Under the pieces are notes generated by a model. It saw nothing but the letters and a program-made list of their open reading frames with translations, ran no database searches and was not told where the DNA came from. The position numbers and the translations under genes are program-made. A DNA stretch of 63,993 bases, filler included, from Octopus bimaculoides (taxonomy: Eukaryota): NCBI RefSeq assembly GCF_001194135.2. It is 4 parts of 3 records of this genome, joined end to end, with 100 filler letters (N's around TTAATTAATTAA, not from the genome) between each part and the next. Parts side by side here need not be neighbours in the genome. Positions count along the whole stretch, not along the records: positions 50,751 to 61,560 come from NC_068986.1; positions 61,661 to 63,993 come from NC_069006.1; 2 more parts are not named here. One strand, given 5' to 3'. This document shows positions 52,198 to 63,993 of this stretch, piece by piece. Every line of letters begins with the position of its first letter. Positions within the stretch are counted from its first letter, which is position 1.

Positions 52198-53949
52198 AGA
52201 GAGAGAGAGAGAGAGAGAGAAAAAGAGAGAGAGAGAGAGAGAGAGAGAAAAAGAGAGAGAGAGAGGGGGGAGAAAGATTGGAAGAAGAAGACCGAATGAA
52301 ATAAAGCAATAAATGAGTGATGAATGAAAGCGTATAATAAATAAAAAAGAAAAACAGAAAATATGTAACAAAAAATGTTCTATAAGTGTGTGTGTGTGTA
52401 TACGCGTGTGTGTATATACGTGTGTGTGTATACGCGTGCGTGTGAATACATACCTATGATATATACACACTTACACACACGCGCATGAACGTACACACAC
52501 ACACGCACACACACATATACACACGAAGCGATGAAAAAATTGGAGAGACCTTTCAGAAATTTTCCCCGGAGAAATAACAATTATAATAAATTATTTTAAT
52601 CTATGTAACATGAAATACATTTTGATCTCTCTCTTTTGTAAAGGTTTCAAAGGTCTTTGTATTTTTAAAGGAGAGAAACTAGTTGTTGTGATTCCATGAT
52701 TGCTAAGATCGACACAGGGCCATATTTTTTTTTCTCCTTCGTGGAGCGAAAAGCACGTCGATGTCCGTCGATGTCCGCCGTGTTCTTCGGTTTATTGGGA
52801 CATTTTTGTAAGATGCTAGGTCAGATAAAATTGCTCATCCTTCGCTAGACTTCATCTATTTCTTCTCGTAGCTGATTCGATGGTAAGAGAGAAAAAAAGA
52901 GAGACAGAGAAAGAGAGTGAAAGCAAGAGAGTAAGAGAGTAAGAGGTGATAAATCGATTCCAGCTTTTGAATAGTATTATACTTATTCGAATACGTGTGT
53001 TTCATGCGTTTCTCCCTAAAGATGGCCGTTAAAACAATGCCTCCACAACGTTGCAGGATCTGAAATTTGAATTTGCAATTAAAGAATATTGGGAAGAAGA
53101 TGTACAGAATTTTCATATTTAATTGTTTTGTTTACTTTTTACAAAATTCTTATGATTTCTAGCTCCTGGTAATCGTGTATAGCATTTTATTATTCTTTTT
53201 AGAAATCTTTAATATGATATAACCTGTAACTTATTTGACATATTTCATTAAAATTAAAAATGAAATTAATTAAAATCAGGAGGAAATTAATGGAATTTAA
53301 AAAAAAAATTTGCTTCATATAACGTTCGATCAGGAATTGAAAGAAAGAGAGAAAGTTCTTAGCATTTACGTATAGAGTAATAGCCACTTCTAGGGAAATT
53401 ATGCCTCATTAAACTAAGAGTCGCCAATAATTTAAACATCTGCGACAAACAATTACACAAGCCGTCTTTTATATATTCTGTTTCATATTTTTATATTATA
53501 TTTTCAGAATCCTGGTAAAGGAAAGCCAAAGTTGATATCACTAGAATTTGTACTTAGAAAGCATACAATAAGAACAATTTTCAGTTAGGCATTGGTCTGA
53601 TGTTCTGTCGATTCTGCTTACCGGCCATTTTTTAAATTTTAATGTTAAGGCTGGTAAAAATTTAATCGGGTCCAAAATACTTGACTGCTGTTTGATAGAA
53701 GAAATAAGCATTGGCAGCAATTGAACTCAGACTCTGAGACTCGTAAGTATTAATACTGCAACAATTTAGAAATTTTCTTTCTCGATTTACTCAATGAATT
53801 AGCAGCATGGAGTTGAATTGGTTTCAATTTAAATATCGAACCAGTTGCTACGATTCATTTCCCAGGAGCTTACTAACTTACCTGGGTTTTTCTTTTTTAT
53901 GAAATATATAGCTATAGTGATTTTCGTCATCTTTTATTTTTAGACAATT

Positions 53950-54120
53950 GGACGCAGATGTAGCTGTGTGACAAAAAAGTTTGCTTCATAATTTCATAAT
54001 TTTGTGTTGTTTCGTTGTTGAACCCACTATGAGACACCTTAGAGTTGATTTGATCTTTGTGACTGACCAAAGCGTTTTGACTGAAATTTGGTAGATGGAA
54101 GCTGAGTGGAAGTATGTCGG
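53950..54120 (+). mobile_element. SINE family B, decayed head and body
   Basis: ggacgcagatgtagctgtgtgacaaaaaagtttgcttc...gaccaaagc...atttggtagatggaagctga. Confidence 0.7.
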
Positions 54121-54295
54121 ATGGACCGTTCCTGATTTTTAAATGGTAGAATTAATCTGTCGTCCGGCTTAACACCATTCATTAGTGTTTCTGCGCTTTC
54201 ATCGCAAGCTTTTTGATCAGGGCTCTGGTTCGAGGATACATTTCTCTTTCCCTCCAGTTTGTTTCATTTGTTTAAAATGACCATAAACTCTGCTC

Positions 54296-54352
54296 TCCTC
54301 TGACGAAGCCATAAGAATATGAAAATTAGTGTTAAAATGTCGAACGTAAGTC
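54296..54352 (+). ncRNA. Decayed minimal hammerhead motif
   Basis: ct-CTGACGA-a-gcc...gtc-GAAC-gta-ag; one A of GAAA lost and stem II mismatched. Confidence 0.35.
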
Positions 54353-54654
54353 ACGTAGTTCTTAAAAAGCAGAGAATTTGTACAGAGAGATTTGGTTGCT
54401 ACATTAACAGTTTCAGTTGCTATATTGATAAAATTACACACTTTTGTTATTTCGATGACTGAATCTGAGCCAATATATCGAAGCATCTTACCTCGTGGCC
54501 CCCAGATTTGTTCTTGAGCGTTGTGGTGATTTAAATACCAAATAAATGAAGACAAAAGAAAAAAACCACAGGAAATGTATACTAATTTGAATTATAATAA
54601 ACATGAAGTACATCGGCGTGCAGTTATGACGATCTTAGAAACAGCGTACATAAC

Positions 54655-54810
54655 AGATACATGACGGATTACTTCGTCCAATTGTTCGATCTATCTGATG
54701 ACCTAGTCACTAAATTCGTGTACAGATTCGAGTGCCTTCAACGTAATTCTCAAGTAAACTCAGCAAAACACAATGTGACAAGGCTGTACTTTTAAATTAC
54801 AAATACAGCC
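54655..54810 (-). mobile_element. SINE family C, old fragment
   Basis: ttcaacgtaattctcaagtaaactcagcaaaacacaatgtgacaaggctg aligns with 57078-57150. Confidence 0.55.
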
Positions 54811-54822
54811 CATCCTCCCAAT

Positions 54823-54968
54823 CCGACGTACTTCTAAGTAGTTTCCATCTTCTCACAATTCGCTCACGTTCGTTTCCCCTGGGATCATGCTAAAGACCCA
54901 TGCTTGAGGTGTCCATACAGTGGGAATCACGGACTTTATGGTTGCGAAGCGAACTTCTGAACCAAATG
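54823..54968 (-). mobile_element. SINE family B, decayed head
   Basis: gaggtgtccatacagtgggaatcacggactttatggttgcgaagcgaacttctgaacc is the reverse complement of the head. Confidence 0.65.
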
Positions 54969-55008
54969 CGCGCGCATACACACACACATACACACACATA
55001 TATATATA

Positions 55009-55150
55009 TAGGCGCAGGCGTGGCTGTGGGGTAAGAAGCTTGCTTCCCAACCACATGGTTTCGGGTTGCGTGACATCTTGGTCAAGTGTCTTCTACTATA
55101 GCCTCGGACCCACCAAAGCCTTGTGAATGGATTTGGTAGACGGAAACTCT
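55009..55150 (+). mobile_element. SINE family B head and 5' body
   Basis: ataggcgcaggcgtggctgtggggtaagaagcttgcttcccaaccacatgg...ccaaagccttgtgaatggatttggtagacggaaac. Confidence 0.92.
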
Positions 55151-55187
<37 letters not shown>

Positions 55188-55614
55188 TAAGCGTGTGCTT
55201 AAATCCAATCCAACCTAATTTAATCCCATTCAAATCTAACCAGACGTTAATATCTGATGTACTGGGAGTAACCAGTGGAGGTTATAATTAACCAGCCAAT
55301 CAAGAAATCACTTCAGAGAGTTACTGCCCCAATACTTCAAGTAAAAGTCTCACACAGAGTGAAATCTCTTCGCGGTAACTCCACCTGTGTGGTACTTTCA
55401 CTTCAACCTTCTTCAAATTCATCGTACTGCCTTCAGATTATGTATTGCTACATACTGTGATGGTCATGTTGGAATGCCCTTTTTTCAAACTACTTCTCGA
55501 AGAGGGTTTATCAATAACAGCTAGAAATAGCAACTGAATATCTCTCAAATCACATTTTTGTTTTTAAAGAAAACTCTGACGGGATTGTTACGGTGAACAC
55601 GCTCAATCTGGGAT

Positions 55615-55780
55615 GTCCTTTGGTGGCCGTCTGGTTGAGAAGCTTGTTTCTCAACCACGTGGTGTCGTATTCAGTCCCAGTGCGGCACATTGGGAAAGTG
55701 TCTTCTACTGAAGCTTCAGGCGGACCAAAGCCTTTCGAATGGATTTGGTATTCGGAACGAAACTGAAAGAAGTCCGTCGC
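55615..55780 (+). mobile_element. SINE family B head and 5' body
   Basis: gagaagcttgtttctcaaccacgtgg...attcagtccc...gtgtcttctact...gaccaaagcc...gaaactgaaagaagtccgtcg. Confidence 0.85.
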
Positions 55781-55859
55781 ACGCGCCCGTGCACACGCGA
55801 GCGCATGCACATATGCGTGCATTTATCTGAATTGCTACTTATAATAGCCAAACCTTCCT

Positions 55860-56015
55860 CAAATGTTATCCTACCCTCTTGAAAATAAGAACACGCTGGA
55901 TAACGCATTATTCGAGAGAAGGACAAGATGGTTGTAATTGGAATGCCTTTTGTTCATAAGTCTAAGTCAGATCTGATTTAGATGTAAGCAAATCCAATGA
56001 CAACAGCAGCGGTAC
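55860..56015 (+). repeat. Family E copy, 3' part
   Basis: agaacacgctggataacg...gatggttgtaattggaatgccttttgttcataagtc...gacaacagcagc. Confidence 0.5.
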
Positions 56016-56288
56016 CACAATCGGAGTAAATTTTGAAGTATAAGAACCAATTTTCGACTAAAACCCCCAAAAGGCCTCCATTATATCAGATTTAGGCTAC
56101 TCCATTAAGTACCTTATGACCTGAAAATGATAGAATAGTTTTTTCTCTCTTCCCTTCTGTCTTTCTTTCTTACTTTCTTTCTTTCTTCATATGTTATTTA
56201 TAACGTGTGTGCGTATATGTATGTGTGTGTGTATGAATCGATCCAGGTCTAACCACACTCTATTTCCTCTAGGAATAAAAAATAAAAT

Positions 56289-56445
56289 GGACCCCAAAAC
56301 TGAACTGGTACTTAATTCATAGACAGCGAAACGCTGAAAGACCTAGTTGAGCTTGACGTGATCTGAGCTGGGGAAGCAAAGAGTCGAAACGAATAACCAC
56401 AAAACGCATTTCTGTCGCTCTAAAAATCCTGCCAATTAGTCGCCT
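56289..56445 (-). mobile_element. SINE family A, old copy
   Basis: ctggtacttaattcatagacagcgaaacgctgaaag...aatcctgccaattagtcgcc. Confidence 0.65.
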
Positions 56446-56963
56446 GTATGAAGTGAACCAAGTATATAAGCAATGATGAATGAAGATATTAGTCATTCAA
56501 CTTCTTTTATTGAACGAGCGTCACCCAAGATACGATCTCAATGTCCACCGTCCACTTCATGGCTCACAGAGTTGTTACTGCCTTAAACTACGATAGTACT
56601 TAGTATATAAAGATAAACAACGCTAAATAATATGAAAGGCGAGATTGTATTCAACAGATAAGAATTGATATACTTCTGAGGCGGAGTTTGTTTGATCTTT
56701 ATTAATCTCCTTAAAATTCTTATTAGTAAACTCTATATTATTCAATTAAATGAGCTGAGCGCAAACTATTTTCTTCTCCGTTGCAATATTGATTTGTCAA
56801 CACATGCACGCGCGCGCGCGCGCAGGCGTACATGTATTTACATACATACGTATACATATATAAGTAAATATATACATGTTACATGTGTGTATATGCACAC
56901 ATATATTCATATATACATATACATACACACGCATATATATAATAAATAGTATATAATACATAT

Positions 56964-57315
56964 TGTGGCACTCCGTCGGTTACGACGACGAGGGTTCCAA
57001 TTGATCTGATCAATGGAACAGCCTGCTCGTGAAATCAACGTGCAAGTGGGTGAGCACTCCAGAGACACGTGTACCCTTAACGTAGTTCTCGGGGAGATTT
57101 AGCGTGACCCAGAGTGTGACAGGGCTGGCCTTTTGAAATACAGATACAACAGAAACAGGAAGAAAGAGTGAGAGAAAGTTGTGGTGAAAGAGTACAGCAG
57201 GGTTCGCCACCATCCCCTGCCGGAGCCTCGTGGAGCTCAATAAACACTCACAACGCCCGGTCTGGGAATCGAAACCGCGAGTCCGCTGCCCTAGCCACTG
57301 GGCCATTGCGACACC
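56964..57315 (-). mobile_element. SINE family C, full length
   Basis: Reverse complement of the 42467 copy, with small indels. Confidence 0.95.
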
Positions 57316-57959
57316 ATATATATNNNNNNNNNNNNNNNNNNNNNNNNNNNNNNNNNNNNNNNNNNNNNNNNNNNNNNNNNNNNNNNNNNNNNNNNNNNNN
57401 NNNNNNNNNNNNNNNNNNNNNNNNNNNNNNNNNNNNNNNNNNNNNNNNNNNNNNNNNNNNNNNNNNNNNNNNNNNNNNNNNNNNNNNNNNNNNNNNNNNN
57501 NNNNNNNNNNNNNNNNNNNNNNNNNNNNNNNNNNNNNNNNNNNNNNNNNNNNNNNNNNNNNNNNNNNNNNNNNNNNNNNNNNNNNNNNNNNNNNNNNNNN
57601 NNNNNNNNNNNNNNNNNNNNNNNNNNNNNNNNNNNNNNNNNNNNNNNNNNNNNNNNNNNNNNNNNNNNNNNNNNNNNNNNNNNNNNNNNNNNNNNNNNNN
57701 NNNNNNNNNNNNNNNNNNNNNNNNNNNNNNNNNNNNNNNNNNNNNNNNNNNNNNNNNNNNNNNNNNNNNNNNNNNNNNNNNNNNNNNNNNNNNNNNNNNN
57801 NNNNNNNNNNNNNNNNNNNNNNNNNNNNNNNNNNNNNNNNNNNNNNNNNNNNNNNNNNNNNNNNNNNNNNNNNNNNNNNNNNNNNNNNNNNNNNNNNNNN
57901 NNNNNNNNNNNNNNNNNNNNNNNNNNNNNNNNNNNNNNNNNNNNNNNNNNNNNNNNNNN

Positions 57960-58019
<60 letters not shown>

Positions 58020-58029
58020 GGGAGGGAGA

Positions 58030-58263
58030 TGTGTCTTTGTGTTTTCCCCCTCCCCAAACACAAAGACACACACAACGCCTGGCATCCATTGTGAGTTTCT
58101 TGACATCCCACTCACTCTGTAACTTAGCAATTTGGCCAAAGGGTTTAATAGAAAAGGCACCTGACTGTATATAAGTGCTAGTGTCGATTTGTTCGACCAA
58201 ACACTCGAAGGTGGTGACTCAACTTGGCTGCAGTCCAATGACTAAAACAAGTAAGACAGAAAT
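58030..58263 (+). mobile_element. SINE family B, 3' half
   Basis: tgtaacttagcaatttggccaaa...gtcgatttgttcgacc...gaaggtggtg...aatgactaaaacaagtaag. Confidence 0.8.
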
Positions 58264-58479
58264 AAGTATCCGCTTTTCATTATATTCACTCTGAATCCAG
58301 TGGAATTTTTTATTCAATGGTATCTTTGAAAATTATCTTCACTTTGAGAATCATTTGCCACTTGGCGAATATTTTCTTACAGTGTTGTATTTAATGATAT
58401 ATGCTGAACTTATATGTACTAGGTGTAAAATTAACAAGTTATACAATACAACTATAGCTATCTTTATTTACACTATTTA

Positions 58480-58740
58480 TTATTGACGGATATTTGTCCT
58501 CATTTTGTTTGTTGTTAACACAACGTTTCGGCTGGTATACCCTCTAGCCTTCATCACGTGTCTTGGGGGAATTTCGAATCTGGGTTCTCATTCCTAAGGT
58601 ATCCTACGATGTTATTATTATGTTTTGTTTTCTTCTTTCTTCAAATTTTCTTCCATTTCTCGCCGAGTGCTTTTCGTACACCTAGGGCAGAGAAGCTCAT
58701 TGTATGCATTCCCAGTTTACACACGAAAATTCACAGGTAA
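58480..58740 (-). mobile_element. Penelope-like pseudo-LTR remnant with minimal hammerhead motif
   Basis: Minus strand gacac-GTGATGA-a-ggct...agcc-GAAA-cgtt-gtgtt; see findings. Confidence 0.6.
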
Positions 58741-58885
58741 AATATGTATGTAAAAACAATAAATAAATAAATAAATTCATGAATGAATGTTGTTTTTGCA
58801 GCGATAATGCTTTTCTCAGTACATGAGTCGTTCCAGTTGACACGATTTTTTGCATTTATTATTGTTATTATTATTATTATTATTA

Positions 58886-58947
<62 letters not shown>

Positions 58948-58984
58948 CTATCTTTTATATTATTTTCATCGACCTTCTTACGTC

Positions 58985-59125
58985 TGTTGCTGCTTAGTAC
59001 TGGATTAGAGCGGATGGAGCTAACAAATGTTCAATACCTTTTCCAGTCCTGACCATCCCAGCTTAGCTCAGAGCATACTGTATTTTGGACAATGTCATCC
59101 AAAGCGCCCTTAATTTTACCGAAAT
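58985..59125 (-). repeat. Family E copy, 3' part
   Basis: Reverse complement aagggcgctttggatgacattgtcc...gggatggtcaggactggaaaa...ctaagcagcaac. Confidence 0.45.
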
Positions 59126-59369
59126 GTAATGTGAAAATTGAGAAAGATTTAACTGATAATTCTACCATGATGAACCACCCTCGTTAGACCGAAGTTCTTA
59201 TGATATCCAAGGCTGGTAAGAAGTGTAGTACACACATGTGCACGCAAACACACACGCACACACACACACACACACACATACATATATATGTATATATGTA
59301 GCGTTGCTATTATGTTAAGCTGTCGTATGTCCAAATTTAGCTAAATGCATATTTTTTAAATATTTATTT

Positions 59370-59530
59370 TTTACTTGCAATAGCCGGTTCTTTTGGTCAA
59401 GTTATCGTATCTACAGCTGTTTTGGATGCCAAGATATCAACGGTTTTGTTATGAAATGGTGAAACTATTTTTTCGTTTTCCGAAAAGGCAACGTTTTGGA
59501 CTTACGACACATTTGCATAATAACAACGAT
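59370..59530 (-). repeat. Second copy of the 45728 repeat, with a ~27-bp deletion
   Basis: Reverse-complement alignment to 45728-45915. Confidence 0.85.
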
Positions 59531-59537
59531 GTATGTA

Positions 59538-59595
<58 letters not shown>

Positions 59596-59764
59596 AACAT
59601 ACATACCTATACTTATATACGCATCTATGTATCTATTACAACACTTAAATTATAATTTACATTAAGCACGCGCGTGTAAAGTTGTACGTACATGCATGAA
59701 CTCAATATAAATATGCACAATGCTCTCAAAACAAGCCTGTCATATGTAAGCAAGGACAAAGAGA

Positions 59765-59945
59765 TTTGGAGAGAGAGAGAGAGAGAGGAATAGTAAGAGA
59801 GAGAGTGAGATAGTAAGAGAAAGAGGGGGATGGTAAGAGAGAGAGAGGGATAGTAAGAGAGAGAGAGATAGTAAGAGAGAGAGAGAGAGATAGTAAGAGA
59901 GAGAGAGAGAGATAGTAAGAGAGAGAGAGGGATAGTAAGAGAGAT
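59765..59945. repeat. Minisatellite GATAGTAA(GA)n, about 8 units
   Basis: Fixed ATAGTAAG core separated by variable GA runs. Confidence 0.9.
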
Positions 59946-60023
59946 AGAGGGTGAGAGATTGAAGGTGAGAGAGAGAAAGAAATTAAAAAATAAGACGGAA
60001 ATAGAGAGTGAGGTAGTGACAGA

Positions 60024-60084
<61 letters not shown>

Positions 60085-60193
60085 AATGGTATCTATTTTA
60101 TGTTAATGTTGGAACTTCTTGCCACAATACTTAATCTTATAACGTGATAGGTTTATTATCGATCACAGCAGTAAGACTTCTCCAAACGCAGAT

Positions 60194-60350
<157 letters not shown>

Positions 60351-60494
60351 AGAGCCTTATAAATTTACTGGCAAATGTTCCGTCCTCTTTGTCCTGTTTA
60401 TCACCGCCCGTACACAGTACATGCGTGTGTGTACGTGGCTTCATGTTAATAGTGTGTACATATGTTGTGTGTAATTAACACGATTCTGTGTGTA

Positions 60495-60540
<46 letters not shown>

Positions 60541-60651
60541 TGTGTACTCGTTTTCAATCCTGGAATTATGTACTTTTCTACTTATTTCTCCAGTTAATTT
60601 GCGAGTACAGACCTACCTATATATTAACATATACATTCATACGTACATGCA

Positions 60652-60691
<40 letters not shown>

Positions 60692-60886
60692 GATGCATAT
60701 ACACACGCACATACGCTTACACACACACACACACGACACACATACACACAAACACACACACACACACACATATACGTATACTTGTTGGAATGAACTAAAT
60801 AAGGAACTCAATTCTTCAGGAAGCAGAGTTAATTAGTCGCGTATACATACATACAAACATATATATTCATACATGCATACACCCGC

Positions 60887-60918
<32 letters not shown>

Positions 60919-61560
60919 NNNNNNNNNNNNNNNNNNNNNNNNNNNNNNNNNNNNNNNNNNNNNNNNNNNNNNNNNNNNNNNNNNNNNNNNNNNNNTATAT
61001 ATATGCATATATGTATATGATATGTATATGTGTGAATGCTTATGTTGTTATTTAATTATTTAGTTCTCACACTTTCTATATTTTGCCCCAGCAGAGTAAA
61101 GGTGACTTAATGAAAATATCAGGGAATTATGTCATTTTCTATGACAGAGAGAGAAACAGAGACAGGAGAGAGAGGGGGGAGGGGGAGGGGGCAGGAGAAT
61201 GCGAGAGAGTCTCGCCAGAGGCTTGTTTCTCTTACGACCGAACGAGACATAGGGAGCACATCTTTTGTTCCAACCCTCGATTCCATTCTGAAGGCATTTC
61301 CTAGCGATGGCAGTAGAGACTCAATTGACAATGGAAATTAGAAATTAGATACAGAAGACGTATTCATACATGCATACGCACATACATACATACCTACATA
61401 CATACATACATACATAGAAAAATACATATGTACATAGCTATACACATAGACACACCCACCTACACCCAAACACATACACACGCACACATATAGACATGCA
61501 TATGCATCTACATAAATATCTAATTATATATATATACACACATATACTTGTATATATATA

Positions 61561-61660
61561 NNNNNNNNNNNNNNNNNNNNNNNNNNNNNNNNNNNNNNNN
61601 NNNNTTAATTAATTAANNNNNNNNNNNNNNNNNNNNNNNNNNNNNNNNNNNNNNNNNNNN
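61561..61660. other. Artificial scaffold linker
   Basis: 44 N + TTAATTAATTAA (61605-61616) + 44 N. Confidence 0.95.
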
Positions 61661-61929
61661 GTGTGTAGAACACGAATACGCAAGATTTTTCTGAAAAATT
61701 TTAAAAATAAAATAAACAAGTTATGAGGAGTTATATGGCGTCCATAAAACAGAATTCAGCCCATTATTTGATGTTTAAAAACTGGCTTTATCGGTGCGAC
61801 TTTCAAAATCCCTGTTTTGCTTTTCACCTATTTATTTGTGTAGGCTTGCGATAGCACTCACTGAGAGAACATGTTTCCGTGAAAGGAAGCATAATGGTTT
61901 AAAAGAAGAAATTATATGCATGTTGTATA

Positions 61930-62143
61930 TGTGTCTGTGCGTACTTGAGCGTCCCATCACTGATATCCTGTGTTGATTTGCTCACATCGCCATAACTTAG
62001 CGGTTCAGCAAAAGAGTCCCGATATAAGTACCAGGATTGAAAACAAAACAAAAATGTGCTGGGGTCGATTTGTTCAACAAAACCCTTGAAGGCGGTGCCA
62101 CAGCATGGCCGCTGTCCCATGACTGTAACAAGTAAAATATAAG
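61930..62143 (+). mobile_element. SINE family B, 3' half
   Basis: taacttagcggttcagcaaaagag...ctggggtcgatttgttc...gaaggcggtgccacagcatggcc...aacaagtaaaa. Confidence 0.88.
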
Positions 62144-63993
62144 AAGGTGGTGGATGGGAGCAGTAGAATAGTGGGGGGAACAGAAAGAGTAGCTGCAAGA
62201 GGGAGTGTATCGCTGAAGTAGTAATAGAAGAGAACGTAGCTGTGACAGCCATTAAGAGGCAAATAATAACAGTAGCTGTAGAAGAAAAAAACCGTTAAAA
62301 CGAAAACAGAAAAGAAAAACTGTTATAGTGTCATATAGTTCAATGCTTCAATTATCTGATTTCAGATTATGTCAGGGTCATAAGCTATATATGAGTATCA
62401 ATGTCCTCTGTTATAAATATTCAAGCGAAATATATTTGGAACGCAGCTATCAGTCAGTCGCGACATTGTCATTAGACTACTGTTGTAACTCTGCTGCAAC
62501 AGTACTGTAATACAACTGCTAGGCTGCTGCCATGAGCTGTCCGTCCACTTGCCTAACAACTGCTAACCTGTTGCTACCCAACTGCTGTTATACTGCTAAG
62601 CTATCGTTCTTCTGCTGTCTTTCAACAGTTAAATAGCCTTTCACTGTGCAACAAGTTCGCTTATTCTATTGTATCTACTGCAGGTTACATTGACGAACAT
62701 GGATTGAGGATGTAACGGGGAGAGAGAGAGTGAGAGAAGGGGAGAGGGAGTGAGAGACAGAGAGGGAGAGAGAGACAGAGGGAGAGAGAGAGAGTTAAAA
62801 CAGAGGTTGTTGAGAAATATAGACNNNNNNNNNNNNNNNNNNNNNNNNNNNNNNNNNNNNNNNNNNNNNNNNNNNNNNNNNNNNNNNNNNNNNNNNNNNN
62901 NNNNNNNNNNNNNNNNNNNNNNNNNNNNNNNNNNNNNNNNNNNNNNNNNNNNNNNNNNNNNNNNNNNNNNNNNNNNNNNNGAGAGAGAGAGTGAGAGAAG
63001 GGGAGAGGGAGTGAGAGACAGAGAGGGAGAGAGAGACAGAGGGAGAGAGAGAGAGTTAAAACAGAGGTTGTTGAGAAATATAGACCGACAGAAAGAGACA
63101 CAAAAAGAATGAGCGAAAAAACAGAAAAGTGAGAGAAGGATGTAGAAGTAAAGAGAAAGGGAAAACGAAAGAAAATAAGAGAATATGGATGGTTGAAGAG
63201 AAAAGAGAAGGAAGAGAATTGAATTATCAAATAAATTCGCTCGTTTATTGCTGTGCTGTTTTTTCGTACTTAGTTCTCCATCGTTATATGTCTGAAAAGA
63301 GTTAAAATTTATCCAAATTTTAAAATAAAAACTATGAATAAAAATTGTAGAGGAAGATTAGAGCTATATAAAAAAATCTATAAAAATCCACGATAAAGAT
63401 ATATTTTGTGTTACTTCAAGTAACATTGTAAAAAGATTTGAAATGAAATAACAGAAACAGATAGGGGGAAAAAAAAAGCGAACGAATTTATCTAACAAAT
63501 AATTATAAAAGAAAGGAAGGAAGACTGAATGATTGAGTGATAGAGTAAGAGAAAAGATGAGAAGGTAATATGTGATAGAGGGTAAGAAGAAAAAAGAGAA
63601 AGTGTTGTTGTAGAATGAAAGCGTTAAATAGTGGCTTGAGATGCAGAATGAGAGAGAAAGAAAGAGAGGAAAGGAAAAAAGGGATAGTGAAGAAAAATAG
63701 AGAACGAATTCAAGAGAAGTTGAGCCATTCATGCTTTTCCGTTCTATAATAATTGGTGGAGTAAAAGATTCGGAAGTTTTGATGGATTTGTGGCACTTGG
63801 TTGTTAAAAACTGATCAAGTTGCTGCTGCGGCTGCTGCTGCTGCTGCAGCTACACACACCTCCCCCCTTTAAATTTCCCTCTCTTCCATCCATTCTTCCT
63901 GCTATCCATTATCAAATTAAAGAGTATTCTTGGGCATCTATATTTATCGATCATTTGTTGAGCACGCACATGAGTGTATATATATATATATAT

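Noticed and set aside
61174-61195. G-quadruplex motif
   Set aside because: Only three runs of three or more G; it is part of a purine-rich low-complexity tract.
62720-63085. 105-bp perfect direct repeat (62720-62824 = 62981-63085)
   Set aside because: Identical sequence on both sides of an N gap; most likely an unmerged contig overlap.

Overview
AT-rich, microsatellite-dense animal genomic DNA with many N gaps. The tRNA-headed SINE families resemble coleoid cephalopod (Octopus) repeats as I recall them; this is inference, not a search result. The window is not one locus. Three identical 100-bp linkers (44 N + TTAATTAATTAA + 44 N) at 29492, 50651 and 61561 join four separate scaffolds: 1-29491, 29592-50650, 50751-61560 and 61661-63993. 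Nearly all ORFs in the supplied track are translated microsatellite or N runs. Recognisable content is about 25 copies of four tRNA-derived SINE families, a fifth unclassified repeat, and decayed transposons (maT/DD37D Tc1-mariner, an internally deleted mariner, a hAT-like transposase C-terminus, CR1-group and R4/Dong-type LINE 3' ends). Five decayed Penelope-type minimal hammerhead ribozyme motifs are also present. No intact named gene, rRNA, functional tRNA or CRISPR array is supportable, and I cannot claim a new biological system. The best integrated lead is on scaffold 2, + strand: a ratchet-point or 7-nt microexon site (44720), a ~34-bp pri-miRNA-like hairpin (45500-45585), an in-frame 111-nt exon with strong splice sites (47117-47227) and a possible terminal exon (48333). 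Together these would fit a host gene with an intronic miRNA. Repeat boundaries were estimated by eye (about +/-15 bp).
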